NCBI GenBank assembly: GCA_028534125.1
Contig: CM052817.1
Location: 101,806,001-101,870,000, forward strand
Direction of reading: 5' to 3'
Length of the DNA: 64,000 nucleotides
From: Lama glama
Lineage: Eukaryota
Of this stretch, positions 62,748 to 64,000 are shown one piece after another. Below the pieces are notes generated by a model, which saw only the letters and a program-made list of their open reading frames with translations, did not search any database and was not told where the DNA came from. Each line of letters begins with the position of its first letter. Positions within the stretch are counted from its first letter, which is position 1. A program made the position numbers and the translations under genes.

Positions 62748-64000
62748 AGCTTACAAACATGCTATAGTTTCTCTCACCTTAAATAGCCCTACCTTTTCTT
62801 GATTCCTCATCTCTCTTCAGCTACTTCTTCATTCCTTTGTTCCTTTACTGAAAAACGGAGCTTTCTGCTGTAGCTCTCCACTTCCTCTCCTCTCAGTTTC
62901 TTTTCTACCTCGTTTTCTGATCTCTATGCACTGTCCCAGGGCTTAGTCCTAGAGCCTCTTTGATTTTCTCTCCTTACTTATTCTTTATGTGAATTCATTA
63001 CAGTCTCATGGTCCTTAGACACCATCTATAAGCTAGCAACAGCTCAATCCATCTCTCCAAATATATCCAGAATCTGCCCAGTTCTTACCACTTCTATAAC
63101 CACCACTCCAGTCCAATCTTCCAACTTCTCTCATCAGAATTATTGCAATTGCTGCCTAAATTTCGTGCTTCTCTCTTGCCTTTGCCATGGCCTACCACCT
63201 TCATTTTAACCTCAATATAGCAAATAGGTTGATCCCTTAAAAATATGTCAAATCCTATAACTTTGCCTTAGATATCTCCAATGGCTCCTATCTAACTCAG
63301 AACAAAAACCAGTCTTTTAGGCTGTAGAATCTGCTCCCCCACCCCCTGAATTCATTGCCTCCCTGAGCACATCACTTTCCTTACTCCATCATCACTTGTT
63401 CAGCTCCAGCCATGCTGTTTTTCTTACAGTTTCTTAAGGATATTGGGCGCTGTTTTACCTTGGCGTCTTTGCACCTGCTAACCTCTCTATCTAGAACGCA
63501 CTTCCCTTGAGAGATAGCACTTATATTGTGCTCACAATGGGCCAAATCTATTCCAAATAGACTTGCAGCTATGAAAATACTTCTCGGATATGAACGCACC
63601 TCATCCGCATGTCCTCCTTTCAGATCTCTGCTCATTCTTCTCCTTGCCTGAAAGGTCCTTTCTGACTCCTTACATAGAAAAGTAACTCCCTCCCTGTCTG
63701 CCTCCCTCATCTCCCTATTCTCTACACTTCATTTCTACCCATAGCTCTTATCATTATCAGTCATGAAATATATTTACTTGTTTGTTTCCTTATATGTTTT
63801 TCTTCATTAAGTATCTGTAAACTTCCTGAGGCCAGGAACTTTATGAGTTTACTAGCTTGTTGAATCACTGACTGACTAACTGAATTTTATACTTGATGCC
63901 ACGTACAAATCAACCTGTGATCTGCAATCCATTAACAAGGTCTCCTGGCTCTCTTTGGTGACCCTAGCATTGCATGTGCCTGCCAGCTCCTGTAGGTATG

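Larger units (their letters stand above)
61700..63890 (+). mobile_element. Long L2 LINE, interrupted by an MLT1 LTR
   Basis: 'ctgatgatgaccttgctgccttgctcactga', 'gggcttagtcctagagcctct', 3' end 'tgtaaacttcctgaggccagg...tgttgaatcactgactgact'. Confidence 0.7.

Noticed and set aside
1..64000. CRISPR arrays, operons or other prokaryotic systems
   Set aside because: The sequence is mammalian; no regularly spaced repeat-spacer arrays or gene-dense blocks were seen

Overview
Mammalian, repeat-dense, apparently gene-free DNA, very likely camelid (alpaca/camel): five tRNA-Ala(AGC)-derived SINEs of the camelid Vic-1 type and many cetartiodactyl-type L1 3' ends are present. I could not identify any intact protein-coding gene, and almost all listed ORFs come from repeats or low-complexity sequence. 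The only host-protein-derived sequence is a frameshifted, intronless cTAGE5/MIA2-family retrocopy (minus strand, ~14.8-16.6 kb). The rest is L1, L2, MIR, ERV1/ERVL/MaLR LTRs, an ERVL internal fragment (pol/integrase/dUTPase-like), DNA transposons (Charlie-type, MER3, MER82, MER20) and microsatellites. The most unusual structure is a ~760-bp inverted duplication of an ancient L2 segment (50774-51539 / 53145-53900). Its derived copy splits a MER20 element, and the two arms show patchy near-identity suggestive of arm-to-arm gene conversion. Other notable items: a twin-primed 5'-inverted L1, a nested LTR-in-LTR, a SINE at a ~1.2-kb L1 deletion junction, and a small orphan CpG-rich island. Repeat family names are recognised from memory of consensus sequences, not from a search; boundaries without target-site duplications (TSDs) are approximate. 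I found no evidence of a new biological system in the strict sense.
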